This document shows positions 1 through 11,252 of a stretch of DNA of 64,000 bases, piece by piece (the stretch's first letter is position 1; the number at the start of each line of letters is the position of its first letter). The stretch lies in assembly GCA_963765765.1 (NCBI GenBank), contig CAVXYC010000032.1, forward strand, positions 256,001 through 320,000, given 5' to 3'. The translations under genes were made by a program, and so were the position numbers. Under the pieces are notes generated by a model that did not search any database, was not told the origin of the DNA, and saw only the letters and a program-made list of their open reading frames with translations. This stretch comes from an uncultured Chloroflexia bacterium (GTDB lineage Bacteria; Chloroflexota; UBA6077; JACCZL01).

Positions 1-554
1 AGATCGATGACGTTGCCAATAAAGAGACCGATATTGTTGAGCGGATTGTTCAGCTCATGTGCAACGCCTGTGGTCAGCTCACCGAGCGTAGCGAGCTTGC
101 CGGCCTGAACCAACTGCTCTTGCTTGTCTCGTAGCTCCTGCTCCCGACGCTGGACCTCCACGGTGGTGTCGCGCAAATCGCCCATGATGTGAATCATGGC
201 TTTACGGCTCGCTTCAAGGCGCAGGTTTGACTGATGGGAGTCCTGCAAGATATGCAAAATTGCCCTTCGAGTATTGTCAAGACGTTCGGTCTGAAGCGCC
301 AACCTCCTGCGATCACTCTCATAGTCGCTGAGGATGTGAAGCATCGCCTTGCGCTGGTGGGCTAGCCGCTTATTCGCCTCGTTCAGGTCGCAGATGATGT
401 GAAGCATGGCGCGGCGAATTTCCGCGCTTTTGCGTTGCTGCTCAGCCATCTTTTCGGCTTGGTCACTGAGCTGCTCATACGCGACGCGAAGCTGCTCTAG
501 CTCGTTGCTATGACCGCTGTATTCCACGAGGGTGGTGGAACGCGCGGCACCCAT
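1..554 (-). CDS. Sensor histidine kinase, N-terminal part (runs off the window edge); coiled coil with four R(R/K)A(M/I)(L/I)HIxxD repeats, then the H-box
   Basis: Not in the ORF track; translated by hand from ATG 554, which overlaps the upstream stop (ATGA). Reads ...[36 protein letters not shown], an NtrB-type HisKA H-box. Confidence 0.9.
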   Translation of the reverse strand, partial: MGAARSTTLVEYSGHSNELEQLRVAYEQLSDQAEKMAEQQRKSAEIRRAMLHIICDLNEANKRLAHQRKAMLHILSDYESDRRRLALQTERLDNTRRAILHILQDSHQSNLRLEASRKAMIHIMGDLRDTTVEVQRREQELRDKQEQLVQAGKLATLGELTTGVAHELNNPLNNIGLFIGNVID

Positions 555-1531
555 CACGTTCGTCCCGAACCCTGCGCCCGGACAGAATCAGCCCTATTTT
601 GAAATCGCTCCACTTCCTTCTGGAGCTTCTCCACCTCTTTCTCTAGCGCGATCATCTTGAGCTCGCGACCCACGACGACCTCTTCAAATTTTTCAAGGTC
701 GAGAATTTTCTCCTGCAGCTCAGCCTTTGATTCCTCAAGGTCACGTACGACTTTTTCGTAGGCGCGCATATCGCGAAGGATGCCGATCGCGCCGATGACG
801 TTCCCATCCGGGTCGCGTAGCGCCGAGGCGTTGAGCGTGGTAGGGATGACCTCGCCGGAGGCGCTGCGAGGGTTCAGCCCCGCGTTGCGGGTGACGCCTC
901 GCTCGACCACCTCGCGCAGCGCGGCGGTGAACTCTCTGGCCTCCTCCGCGCTGATGAAGCGCGAGAGCGACTGCTCCAGCAACTCGTCGGGCCGGAATCC
1001 GAGAAGCTCGGAGACCGCGTCATTGGCCTGGAGAATCTTGCCCTCCAGATCCGATACGAACACCGGGTCCGGGGCATTCTTGATCAGGCTCTCGGCGTAG
1101 GCCCGCGCCTTGTCTAACTCTCGCATGTCGCGGAGAATGCCGATCGCGCCAATGACGTTCCCGTCCGGGTCGCGTAATGCCGAGGCATTGAGCGTGGTGG
1201 GGATGACCTCGTCGGAGGCGCTCCGGGGGTTGAGCACCGCGTTGCGAGTGACGCCTCGCTCGACCACCTCGCGCAGCGCGGCGGTGAACTCTCTGGCCTC
1301 CTCCGCGCTGATAAAGCGCGAGAGCGACTGCTCCAGCAACTCGTCAGGGCGGAAGCCGAGAAGCTCGGAGACCGCGTCATTGGCCTGGAGAATCTTGCCC
1401 TCCAGATCCGATACGAACACCGGATCCGGAGCGTTGGCAATGATGATGTCCGCGGCAAGCCATTCGCTCGGTCCGGGACTGTTGTCGCGTTTGCTTGACG
1501 GGCTCGTCTGCGACGGAAGGTCCTGGAACAT
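554..1531 (-). CDS. Tandem PAS domain protein with C-terminal coiled coil ([15 protein letters not shown]) and no output domain
   Basis: Two near-identical PAS/PAC domains ([19 protein letters not shown]...[10 protein letters not shown]). GGAGG RBS precedes ATG 1531, so the 1825 start in the ORF track is unlikely. Confidence 0.9.
   Translation of the reverse strand: MFQDLPSQTSPSSKRDNSPGPSEWLAADIIIANAPDPVFVSDLEGKILQANDAVSELLGFRPDELLEQSLSRFISAEEAREFTAALREVVERGVTRNAVLNPRSASDEVIPTTLNASALRDPDGNVIGAIGILRDMRELDKARAYAESLIKNAPDPVFVSDLEGKILQANDAVSELLGFRPDELLEQSLSRFISAEEAREFTAALREVVERGVTRNAGLNPRSASGEVIPTTLNASALRDPDGNVIGAIGILRDMRAYEKVVRDLEESKAELQEKILDLEKFEEVVVGRELKMIALEKEVEKLQKEVERFQNRADSVRAQGSGRT
770..1435. 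repeat. Intragenic tandem duplication, period 357 bp (119 aa)
   Basis: For example ccctccagatccgatacgaacaccgg occurs at 1041 and 1398; the two units are nearly identical at DNA level. Confidence 0.95.
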
Positions 1532-2026
1532 GGGCGTCCTCCGGAAATAGAGGCCAATGGGCTCAGATTTCGACGCGGGACTGCCGGACCAGGTGCGAGT
1601 CACCGGAGACTTTGGAAACCAACCGATCCCAGTTCGCGATTCGCGGAACGCAATTCGCGGGCCAGTAATGGGATTTTCTTGGGCCAACCCGGGCGTGGGG
1701 AGGCTCGGCTGGAGCTCGTGCAGATCCCCGCGTGGCTCCCCCCAGCGGCGCTGCGCGTGTAAATTGCGCGGGAGGAGAAGCAGGCCGTCACTGCCGTTAG
1801 CCGCGATCAGCGTCTCTAATCCCATCGTAACGAAGCCGTTCGAAATCCTTTCTTCCTCCGTAAGTCGCGGACGACATCGGGACAGTTAACGTAAATGGTG
1901 GAGCGACTCCCCGAAGCCGTGCTCGCGGAGCAGCTCCAACGTAATGGTTCTGCTCGTTGTGAAGTGATCAGGGAGCGGTCCAGCTTACCGGCAAACTCGG
2001 TACTGACGGGAGCGATTCTGGAAATC

Positions 2027-3269
2027 ATGGCCGAAACAGCAGCGAGCGAACGGCAGGATCAGCGGCGCCTCGAGTCGGTTAAGTCGACCGCCCAGGAAAG
2101 GACGACCTCGGCGACCGATAAAGGCAATTCGATTGCTAAGCACCTCGAGCGGTACGCTGTCTTCCGCGTGCTCGAGAGCGTCTTTCTCGGCGCTCGCAAA
2201 GACCGGCTCACCAATCACGCGGCCGCGATGACGTATTACGCGCTCTTCGCGCTCTTCCCCCTGCTCTTGCTCTTCATGTCCCTGGCAGGCCTGGCGCTAC
2301 AGAGCAACGAATCGGCCCGGGAGCAGATCCTCGGGCTCGTGGTTGGACTGCTCCCGCAGGGTCAGGAGCAGCTCCGAGAGGTGATCGCGGGTGTAATCGA
2401 CGCGAAGGGCGTTGCGGCCGGCGTGGGCATCCTCACTCTCTTGTGGAGCGCCCTCGGCTGGTTCCAGGTCATCGACACGAACGTGAACCAGATCTGGGGA
2501 GTCGACAAGCCACGCTCGTTCATCAAATCCAAGCTCTTCGCGCTCGCTATGGTGGCTGCCATCGGTGGCGTAGCCGCCCTCAGCTGGGGAGCCACTGTGG
2601 CGGTTGGGCTCCTCGGCGCATTTACGGACCTCCTCCCCGGGGCCGCGATGCTGTGGCAGATGGCGGTCTCGGCGATTGGCGTACTGACAATGACCGCGGC
2701 GTTCCTGGTCCTGTTTCGCTATACGCCACGGCGGACCATCGAGCTCGCGGACGTGTGGCCGGCCGCGCTGGTGACGGCGCTGGTGTGGGAGATGAGCCGG
2801 CGTGTGCTCGCGTTCTACCTCGAGCGGAACAACATGATCAGTGGATACGGACCGATCGGCGCGGCCATGGCGCTGGTTTTCTGGCTCTATATGGCCTGCA
2901 TCATATTGCTCCTGGGCGCGGAGCTGGCGTACGCGGTTGCCAAGGAGCGGCGGCGCATTGGTCCGCACGAGGAGATGCAATTGGTAGCGCCGGCCGGTGA
3001 GCAGGCGACGCCTAAGTTTGCTCCCCAGGTCGGAGCCGGATTCGACAATCCCGACGCCCGCGAGCCGATCTTACCCGGAGCGTCGATGGTCTCGGGTCAT
3101 CCGTCGGGACCCGATCGACTCCCGCCCCAGCGGTGAGCTCCCCGCAGTGAGAGACAGTGGACTCGTGAAGACGCTGCTATGGACCGGTCTCAGCGCCGGG
3201 GCGCACGCGCTCGTGGGTCTACTGGCGCGGCACTTCACCGTGGCCGTGTGGCAGCGAAATGACAGGTGA
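2027..3269 (+). CDS. YihY/BrkB family membrane protein with DUF4235-like tail; frameshift near 3100-3130
   Basis: AAAMTYYALFALFPLLL and YGPIGAAMALVFWLY motifs. The tail KTLLWTGLSAG... lies in another frame and matches the in-frame tail of the paralog at 26412-27560. Confidence 0.85.
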
Positions 3270-3642
3270 ACGCCCGCCCACGACCATCTGACTCCACGTA
3301 TCGATCGTGCACCTGTCACGGCAGGCCGGTACAGACTGGGCAAGTTTTAAATGAGGTGGTCGCCGCGCCGGATCTTGCCGGCATCGGACGGTTGGCCCGA
3401 TCGTGGAAGCACGACGACGCTCCCGATGGCACCGGCGGCGGTGGTTGGCCAGGCCTGGGCCCGCGCGGCCATCGCGAGCTGTCCGGACGACCGGACACGC
3501 ACGTATGATCTGGGGCACCAACGGGGCTTAAATCGCTCGCGCCCGGGGCGGTCGACGGTGGGCCAGTGGCGGCGGCTATTGGACCAAGTGGGCCGGGGCA
3601 GCCATCGACCTGTAGCCATATCGCCGCGCTCCCTGGGGCGGG

Positions 3643-3671
3643 TTGACTGGAGTGACTTCGCGAAGTATGCT
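3643..3671 (+). promoter_or_regulatory. Sigma70-type promoter, with palindrome ACTTCGCGAAGT in the spacer
   Basis: TTGACT-N17-TATGCT, 28 bp upstream of ATG 3700. Confidence 0.6.
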
Positions 3672-3699
3672 CGCGGCATTCCGCGATGGAGGCACCGCG

Positions 3700-4758
3700 A
3701 TGGCCATTGACGATGCGAAGCTAAATGCATTCATGGGCCAGGTGGTTGGTGACATGGGCGCCACAATGAGCGCCATTCTCGTGGACATCGGTGACAAGCT
3801 GGGCTTGTACCGTGCGATGGCGGATTCTCGTCCCGTTACTTCGGTCGAGTTGGCCGAGCGGACTGGCACGGCCGAGCGTTACGTCCGTGAGTGGCTGTCC
3901 AATCAGGCTGCCGGAGGATACGTCTCCTACGACGCGGCATCTGGAACCTTCTCGCTCCCTCCAGAGCAGGCGTTGGCACTTGCCACGGAAGGGAGTCCAG
4001 CCTTCGTGCCGGGCGCGTTTCAGATCATCGCATCGCTGTTTCGCGACGAGGCGAAGATTCTCGAGGCATTTCGAACTGGAGAAGGCGTAGGCTGGCACGA
4101 GCACGACTCTGAGCTCTTTATCGGAACGGAGCGTTTCTTCCGGCCCGGCTACAACGCGAACCTGGTCAATAACTGGGTTCCGTCGCTGGACGGAGTGGAG
4201 GCGAAGCTGCTCGCTGGCGCCCGCGTCGCGGACGTCGGCTGTGGTCTCGGCGCGTCAATCATCATCCTGGCCCAGGCCTACCCGAGCTCGACGTTCGTTG
4301 GGTTCGACTATCACGATCGATCCATCGAGCTGGCGCGCGAGCGCGCAGCGGATGCTGGCGTGGGAGATCACGTGAAGTTTGAGGTTGCCACGGCCAAGAC
4401 TTACCCAGGGAAAGATTACGACCTGGTGGCTTTCTTCGACAGCCTGCATGACATGGGTGACCCCGTTGGCGCCGCTAAGCACGTACGTGAGTCGCTGGCG
4501 GCGGATGGCACCTGGCTCCTGGTTGAGCCATTTGCCAACGATCGGCTTGAAGACAATCTCAACCCGGTGGGTTGCGTTTACTATGGCGGTTCGACGATGA
4601 TTTGCACTCCGAACTCGCTAAGTCAGGAAGTCGGCCTTGCGCTCGGCTCACAGGCCGGTGAAGGCCGTCTGCGTGATGTCGCCCTTCAGGCTGGGTTCCG
4701 CCACTTCCGGCGCGCCACCGAGACGCCCTTCAACGCGGTGTTCGAGGCACGTCCGTAA
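3700..4758 (+). CDS. Class I SAM-dependent methyltransferase with N-terminal winged helix (Rv2258c-like)
   Basis: GDKLGLY...ERYVREWL; VADVGCGLG SAM motif; FDSLHDMGDP; GGAGG RBS. Confidence 0.92.
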   Translation: MAIDDAKLNAFMGQVVGDMGATMSAILVDIGDKLGLYRAMADSRPVTSVELAERTGTAERYVREWLSNQAAGGYVSYDAASGTFSLPPEQALALATEGSPAFVPGAFQIIASLFRDEAKILEAFRTGEGVGWHEHDSELFIGTERFFRPGYNANLVNNWVPSLDGVEAKLLAGARVADVGCGLGASIIILAQAYPSSTFVGFDYHDRSIELARERAADAGVGDHVKFEVATAKTYPGKDYDLVAFFDSLHDMGDPVGAAKHVRESLAADGTWLLVEPFANDRLEDNLNPVGCVYYGGSTMICTPNSLSQEVGLALGSQAGEGRLRDVALQAGFRHFRRATETPFNAVFEARP

Positions 4759-4942
4759 GCCTTCCAAGCCTCCGACGATTCAGTGTCTGTAGCCTACTCT
4801 CGCTGGAACCGCTCCAAGTGTGTGCCAGTTGACGAAGGTGCGGTCTCTTTCATGGATTGCGCCTGAAAGGGCCACGATCCTCGACGCCACCGAGGAATCC
4901 GCGCATCAGGCATAGGTCGCGTTCCCGCAAAGGTGTGACGAG

Positions 4943-5042
4943 CAATACGGTTTAGTTAACGACTCGATGGGGTCGTCGTGAGCAGAACAAGCCACCGGTC
5001 GGGATGCCACCGGTCCATTGGCGCCTTAACTAAACGGTATTG
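4943..5042. mobile_element. 100-bp MITE with IS4-family-like ends
   Basis: 17-bp TIRs CAATACGGTTTAGTTAA / TTAACTAAACGGTATTG (16/17 match), flanked by 11-bp direct repeats ggtgtgacgag (4932-4942) and ggtgtgacgct (5043-5053). Confidence 0.75.
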
Positions 5043-5123
5043 GGTGTGACGCTGGTTCGGTAACTGTGCGCGGGCGCTCCACCGCAGCCAGCTTTGGGTT
5101 GCGCATCCGTCACTCCTGTGGTA

Positions 5124-5140
5124 AGTTAACGCTGTTAACT
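5124..5140. promoter_or_regulatory. Putative TetR operator
   Basis: Perfect inverted repeat AGTTAAC-gct-GTTAACT, ~30 bp upstream of the TetR gene. Confidence 0.6.
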
Positions 5141-5169
5141 ACAGAGTACAGCAGGAACTCTGGCTGTTT

Positions 5170-5889
5170 ATGAGTACCGCGGTGAATGATATGCAGGGCG
5201 ACGAACGCGTGACAGACTGGCATCCCTTGTCCCCAAGCGAGCGGCGACGGCGAAACCGGCAGGAGATGCTGGACGCGATTCTGCAAATCGCTCGCCAGAT
5301 CATGCGCGAGGAAGGGGTGGCCGCGCTCAGTCTGCGCGAGCTAGCCCGGCGGCTACGCTTCACCGTCCAGGCCCTCTACAAGTACTACCCCAGCAAGGCG
5401 GCTCTCTACGATGCGCTGTTCCAGGACGGAATACGTACCTTCGCCACGTACTGGGACAGCGCCATGCGGAGCCGCGACTCCTTCTGGGATAAGCTCGCGG
5501 CCGGGCTCGAGGCCAGCATGCGCTTCGCCCACGATCATCCCGAGCTGAACGAGCTTACGTTCTCCCGTCCCGTACCTGGCTTTGTGCCATCGGAAGAGAG
5601 TATGCGGGACAGCCAAAGGCTGCTTCAGGAGCTCGACCTGATCATCGAGGAGGCCGTCGCTCGCGGCGAGCTCAGGTCCGACGTTTCGCCAACTGATGTC
5701 CGCGACCTCTTTCTGGCCATGCTCGACGGGCTGACTCGCCAGCATGTAGCAAACGAACCAGACACACCGATCGGATCGGGCCGCTACGGCGGGCTGGTCC
5801 CGGCCGCGATCGCCGTCTTCCGCGCCGCGTGGCAATCTGAGAGTCCCGTGACGGGCTCGCCGGGACTAAAGGAGGTAAGGCACACCTGA
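5170..5889 (+). CDS. TetR/AcrR family regulator (WHG-like C-terminus)
   Basis: HTH LSLRELARRLRFTVQALYKYYPSKAAL. Confidence 0.9.
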   Translation: MSTAVNDMQGDERVTDWHPLSPSERRRRNRQEMLDAILQIARQIMREEGVAALSLRELARRLRFTVQALYKYYPSKAALYDALFQDGIRTFATYWDSAMRSRDSFWDKLAAGLEASMRFAHDHPELNELTFSRPVPGFVPSEESMRDSQRLLQELDLIIEEAVARGELRSDVSPTDVRDLFLAMLDGLTRQHVANEPDTPIGSGRYGGLVPAAIAVFRAAWQSESPVTGSPGLKEVRHT

Positions 5890-5953
5890 CCCACTGAGCA
5901 ACCATCCGGGGTACGGATCAGCGAAGCTGACGACCCTGAGCAAGGAGAAAATC

Positions 5954-6388
5954 ATGCCCTCGGTCACACTTCCCAAACTGCACCACATCGCGCTCACCGT
6001 GACGGATCTCGAGGCCAGCACGGCCTGGTACCAGCGAGTCTTCGAGATTGCACCGGTGATGGAGGAAGCCCATGAAGGCGGCTGGCAGAGGCTGCTTGCC
6101 GACAAGGAGATGCAGTTCATCATCGTGCTGCATCGTCACGACGTGAACCAGGGAGAGGCATTCTCGGAGCGACGGACCGGTCTCGATCACTTCGGTATGG
6201 CAGTTTCTTCCCGCGCCGAGCTCGAAGCGTGGCAGGCGCATCTGGAAGAGATTGGCGTGGCGCGGGCGGCGGCGGCAGATCGTCCGTTGACTCAATCCCC
6301 CATTGCCGACACGCCTTACGGCTGCATTCTGGTCTTCCGCGATCCCGACAACATCCAGCTCGAGATGTATTCCCCGCCGAACACCTGA
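5954..6388 (+). CDS. VOC (glyoxalase) family protein
   Basis: LHHIALTVTDL...GLDHFGM...FRDPDNIQLE; AGGAG RBS. Confidence 0.92.
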   Translation: MPSVTLPKLHHIALTVTDLEASTAWYQRVFEIAPVMEEAHEGGWQRLLADKEMQFIIVLHRHDVNQGEAFSERRTGLDHFGMAVSSRAELEAWQAHLEEIGVARAAAADRPLTQSPIADTPYGCILVFRDPDNIQLEMYSPPNT

Positions 6389-7640
6389 TGGAGAACGGGG
6401 CCGAGAAAGCCGTCCTTCCAGCGAGCGACGAGAGTCCGTCTTCCGACACTCACGCTCCCCGGCTTGGCCGCGCCGAGCTCAACAGGGTTGTGCAACGAGC
6501 ACTGAACAGCGGGACCGCCCAGGTCGATGACTGGGCGGTCTGCCCGCTGACATACGACTACACCAGTCCTATCACGGCTGGGATCTATCGCGTGACCGGA
6601 ACGGCGCGCGATGCTGAGGGCGCATCTCGTGGTCGCTCGTGCTTAAAGTGGTCCGCTCGGCAGCCGGTGTCACGATGCCGAACGGCGAGGTCGTGCCGCG
6701 GGATCTTCCGGACGGACCTGCGTTTTTCGGGTATTGGAAGCGGGAGCCACTGGCATACGGAGCAGGCCTGACGGAGGATCTCCCCGGTGGCATGATCGCG
6801 CCCCGCTGCTATGGGCTGAGTGAGCAGCCAGACGGCACCGTCTGGCTGTGGTTGGAGGAGATCGCGGCTGCACCACAGGCGCGCTGGACGCGTGAGCGCT
6901 GCGGACTGGCCGCGCGCACCCTGGGCAGATTCAACGGTGCGTACCTCTCAGGGCGGCCCGTGCCCCTCCAGCCGTGGCTGGATAGAGGCTGGCTGCGCTC
7001 CTGGTTGGGTATCCGCTGCGCCGGCATGATCGATGAGATTCGGCGGGCCGACACCTGGGATCATCCCCTGATGCGTGCCGCGGTCCCCCAGCCGTTCATC
7101 GATCGGGTGTTGCGCCTGTGGGTCGATCGAGACCTGTTTCTGGACGGGCTAGATCAGCTGCCATACACGTTCTGCCACCGAGATGCGTTCCGGTCGAACC
7201 TCTTAGCGTGCTGGGAAGTCGATCGCCAGGAGCAAGTCACGGCGATCGACTGGGCCTACGCCGGCCTCGGGCCCGTGGGTGAGGAGATAGCGCCACTGAT
7301 CGTCGCTGCTCCGGCCGGCGATGGAGCGGAGCTTGCGCCCTGGAACGTGGAATCGACGGTTTTCGACAGCTACGTCCTGGGACTATCGGAAGCCGGTTGG
7401 CGCGGCGAAGCCGCGAGTGTACGATTCGGCTTCGCGGCTTCCGCGGCCCTCCGGTATCTGTTTATGAGCGTGGCAGAGATGTTGAGCAACGTAGAGGACG
7501 AGGCCCAATGCGCTTCGATCGAGCAACGGCGGGGGCAACCCATTGCACAGGTCATGGAGCAGCATGCGGCCCTCGTTGACTTCTTACTCGACCTGGCCGA
7601 TGAGGCGCGCGCGTTGCTGCCAAGGGTCACCGCCATTTAG
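6388..7640 (+). CDS. Aminoglycoside phosphotransferase-like kinase; frameshift near 6625
   Basis: ATG overlaps the VOC stop. N-part GIYRVTG joins WSLVLKVV; CHRDAFRSNL (Brenner-type) and AIDWAYAG motifs. Confidence 0.8.
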
Positions 7641-7844
7641 GCAACGGCGGCATAACCCACGAGCCCGGAGTCCAATCTCGCTGCAAACTCGGGCGCAGTC
7701 ACTGAGGCAGTCGATCCTTGCTTGGCGGATCGACTCACGACTCGGCCTTGACATTGCTGTCCAGTCGAGGCTACCTTCGGCACGGTCGCGCAGTTACTAC
7801 CGCGGCCCACGACTCCCTCCGAGTTGAGGTGTTGCTGGCAGGTT

Positions 7845-8977
7845 ATGCACATTCCCTCCTCTGTTCGATGGATAATGCCGTTTGCCCTGGCGATGACGCT
7901 GCTCACCGCCGGGCTGCCCACCATGTCTGCCCCAGCCGCGAGCGCCGCCGGGACCATTGCAAGTCCGTTCTCCGAGGGCCAGTCGGTCCGGATCATTCAA
8001 GGCTACAACGGCGGAAGTCACCGGGGACGCAGCCAGTATGGGCTGGATCTGGTACTCGCGGATGGCGGCACGAGTGGTGCTACCGTCGTCTCGCCCATTG
8101 AGGGCTCCGTAACCTGGGCACAGGGGCCGGGCGCTTCAAACGGCTGTATAGCCGTTACGCTCCGCGACAGCAGCTACAGCGTCATGCTTTGTCACTTGAT
8201 CCTTGAGCGCGGCTATCGCCCAGGCGAAGCGATCGCCCGCGGCCAGCAACTGGGGACGGTCGGGCCGGCCGGCAGCGTCGGCAACAACGGCGCACCGCAC
8301 GTCCATCTTGAGCTCCACCGCGGCCGCGGTGCGAACAGTCCTGTTCCATTCAGCGAGCCCGATGGCTTGCCGCTGGAGGGCGTGCACCTGCCCGCGTCCG
8401 GAGCGTCCGGCGAGCATACGGGCCGGCGCCGGTCGGCCGGGCCGCGACAGCGGCGAGGCAGGGTGGAGCTTCCCTCGAGGCGCAGTCACAGACGGCGCTC
8501 CGTTCGATCACCCCGCCGACGTCAGACGTCGGCGGTCGGTCGCCGCGGTCAGTGCAATTGGCGCCGGCCCCAGCGGTGGTTCGGGCGGCGGTCGTCCGCG
8601 GGACGGGATCGTGCCTGAATGTGCGTGAGCGTGCGGCGGCGGACGCACGGATCGTTGAGTGTCTACCGGAGGGCGCTGAGGTACCGCTTGAGTCGGTGCG
8701 AGGCGGGGTCGAAGGCTGGCGTCAGATCGAGACAAAAGGCTGGGCCGTGAGCGAGTACCTCAAGCCAACCCGCGCCGTGGTGGCTCGCACGGACGGCTGT
8801 CTGAACGTGCGCGAACGTCCGTCGGTCGGTGCTCCCGTTATCGGCTGCCTCGCCGAGGGCGCGGCGGTCAGCATCGCCGAGGGACCGACACCCGGCGATT
8901 CGATCACCTGGTACAGAATCGAGCGAGTCCAACCGCTCGAGAGGGGCGGCTGGGTCGGGGGACAGTACCTGGACTAG
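7845..8977 (+). CDS. Secreted M23 peptidase plus two bacterial SH3 domains; frameshift near 8420-8550
   Basis: Signal peptide; HRGRSQYGLD (HxxxD-type) and PHVHLEL (HxH); two CLNVRER...W SH3b repeats in ORF 8552-8977. Candidate promoter TTGACA-N18-TACCTT at 7748-7777. Confidence 0.82.
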
Positions 8978-9238
8978 CGGAGCCAATAGGCGAGAGTCAC
9001 CTGAGCAAGGTTCGTCGATGTGCTCGCGTGCGCATCCCTCGGTGAGCAGGATCCCGATGGACCTGGACCAACACCCCGGAAGCTTGTAGGCCTGGTCAAT
9101 GACGGACTGAGGGTAAACTTACCGAGCGGCCACGAGCCGTCCGCCTCCATGCGTCCCGAGGCAGACATGGAGACATGGCGATCCCGCCAGCCGTCGCAAC
9201 CATTCGCGTCGTTCTGCGTCGATATAAACTAGCATCCT

Positions 9239-11076
9239 ATGCAGGCCATCCCGATCACAACGTTCCACCACCCGCCGCCGAGGCGGGCGGCGCGGTTGCT
9301 TACGCTGGCGGGGACCCTCGGCCTGCTACTCATTCCGTTGTTCGTGATCCTCCGCCACGACACGGCCCTCCCCTGATCCTACCGCCCGACGAGTCGGGCG
9401 CCGCCGTGACGGATGAGGAGATGCCGACGGCGGCGTTGCATGAATTTGAATCAGCGTCACAGCCACCCAGACCGCGCCATGGATTTCTCGCTGGACGCAG
9501 CCCAGAGGGGCTCTCCCTACACGTGCTGCGGTACATCCCAGTGATCGTTGAGGTTGGGCATGAGGTCGGGGTAGATCCCGCGACACTGGCGGCGCTGATG
9601 GAAGTTGAAAGCTCCGGCGAGGAGGCCATCTCACCGGCGGGCGCACTAGGACTCATGCAAGTAATGCCGGACAAGCTCTACCCCGGGGACGATCCCTTCG
9701 ACCCTTCGACGAACATCCGGCGTGCAGCGCAGCTCGTCCAGCGGCTCAGCGCAAGCTGGAAGGGCGATCTGGCCGCCGTGGCCGGCTCCTACTTTGGAGC
9801 CGTGGACAATCATGGCTTCGTAACCGAGGCTTCGGATGGGATCGTGACCGGAAGCCAGTACGTGAGCCGCTTTGCCGAGGCGTACGAGCGCTGGGCCAGT
9901 GCACTCGGGCAATCCACCCAGCCGGTGATGATCCAGACTCGCGCGCCGGCGTCCCCGATCTTGCGTTACACCGTCCAGCCGGGCGACTCTGCGCGCGGGC
10001 TGGCCGCGCGCTACGGCATCAGCCTGGCCACCCTTGCCGCCGCGAACGAGCTCAGCGATCCAGACATACTACAGGTGGGTCAGGAGCTGCGGATCCCAAG
10101 CCTGGACGGCGTGCTTCACTCCGTACAATCGGGCGAGAGCCTATCGCAGCTTGCCGAGCGCTACGGAGTTTCGATCAGCAGCCTGCTTGAGGCGAATCGC
10201 CTGGTCGGCGAGCTGCAGGCCGGTGCGCTGCTGGTGGTGCCCGGCGCGGCGCCGGCATGGCCCGCCGAGCCGACCGCGGCTGAACCAGCACCGCCGCCGC
10301 CCCCACCCGTACCGGCTGCACCGCGTCGCGTCTCCAGCGCGCCGCCTCCTCCAGTAACCGCCCGCCACGTAGCCATTCTGGATGAGGCTTCGGGTGAGCT
10401 CCTATACGGCCAGGACGAGCACAACCGCGTCGCACCGGCGAGCATTACCAAGATCGCTACTACCCTGGTAGCCCTGGAACGAGAGCCTGACCTCGAGAAG
10501 CGAATCCGGGTAACGATCAGCGGCTCAGCTATGGCGGCGCGCGACGGCTCCTCCATCATGGGCCTCGAGCCCGGCCGCCAGGTGTCACTGACGACGCTGC
10601 TCTACGGGATGATGCTGCCGAGTGGCAACGACGCCGCCGAGCAGGTAGCCCTTTCTCTGGCCGGCTCACGCCAGACCTACGTCGGCTGGATGAACGACAC
10701 CGTGACCCAGCTTGGTCTCCAGGACACCCACTTCGTCAACCCCAGCGGGATGGACGCATCAGGCCACTACTCGAGCGCGCATGACATGGCGCTGCTCGGA
10801 CGGACCGCGATGCGCAACGAGACCTTCCGCCAGCTGGCCGGCGCCTCGACCTACCGCGGCGATGGCTACAGCCTGAGCACTCTCAACCGCCTGATCGGCG
10901 CCTACCCCGGCGTCGACGGTATTAAGGTCGGCCTCACGCGCCAGGCAGGCCGGACCATCGTTGCCTCAGCCACACGCGACGGCCACCGGGTCCACGTCAG
11001 CCTGTTGCGGAGCCAGGACACACCAAGCGATAGCACCGCCCTCTTCGAGTGGGTCTGGCGCACCTTCCGCTGGTAA
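9239..11076 (+). CDS. Membrane-anchored SLT lytic transglycosylase + 2 LysM + D-Ala-D-Ala carboxypeptidase (S11); frameshift near 9370
   Basis: ATG 9239 gives TM segment LLTLAGTLGLLLIPLFVIL. SLT VESS/GALGLMQ; LysM YTVQPGDS and HSVQSGES; S11 PASITK, SGN, KVG. Confidence 0.88.
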
Positions 11077-11252
11077 CCGCTTTCTCGCACCAACCCAATG
11101 ACCGGAAAGATGGGTGACGGCAAGTCCCCCGAAGTCTCACCGAGCGCACGATAACCTCGTCCGCCGAGCTCGGGCGTGACAGCCCTGGACATGCTGAAGG
11201 CCCGCCTCCCACGGGAGCGCGGTGGCCGACCGAAAGCCCCGCGCCGCCGTCC

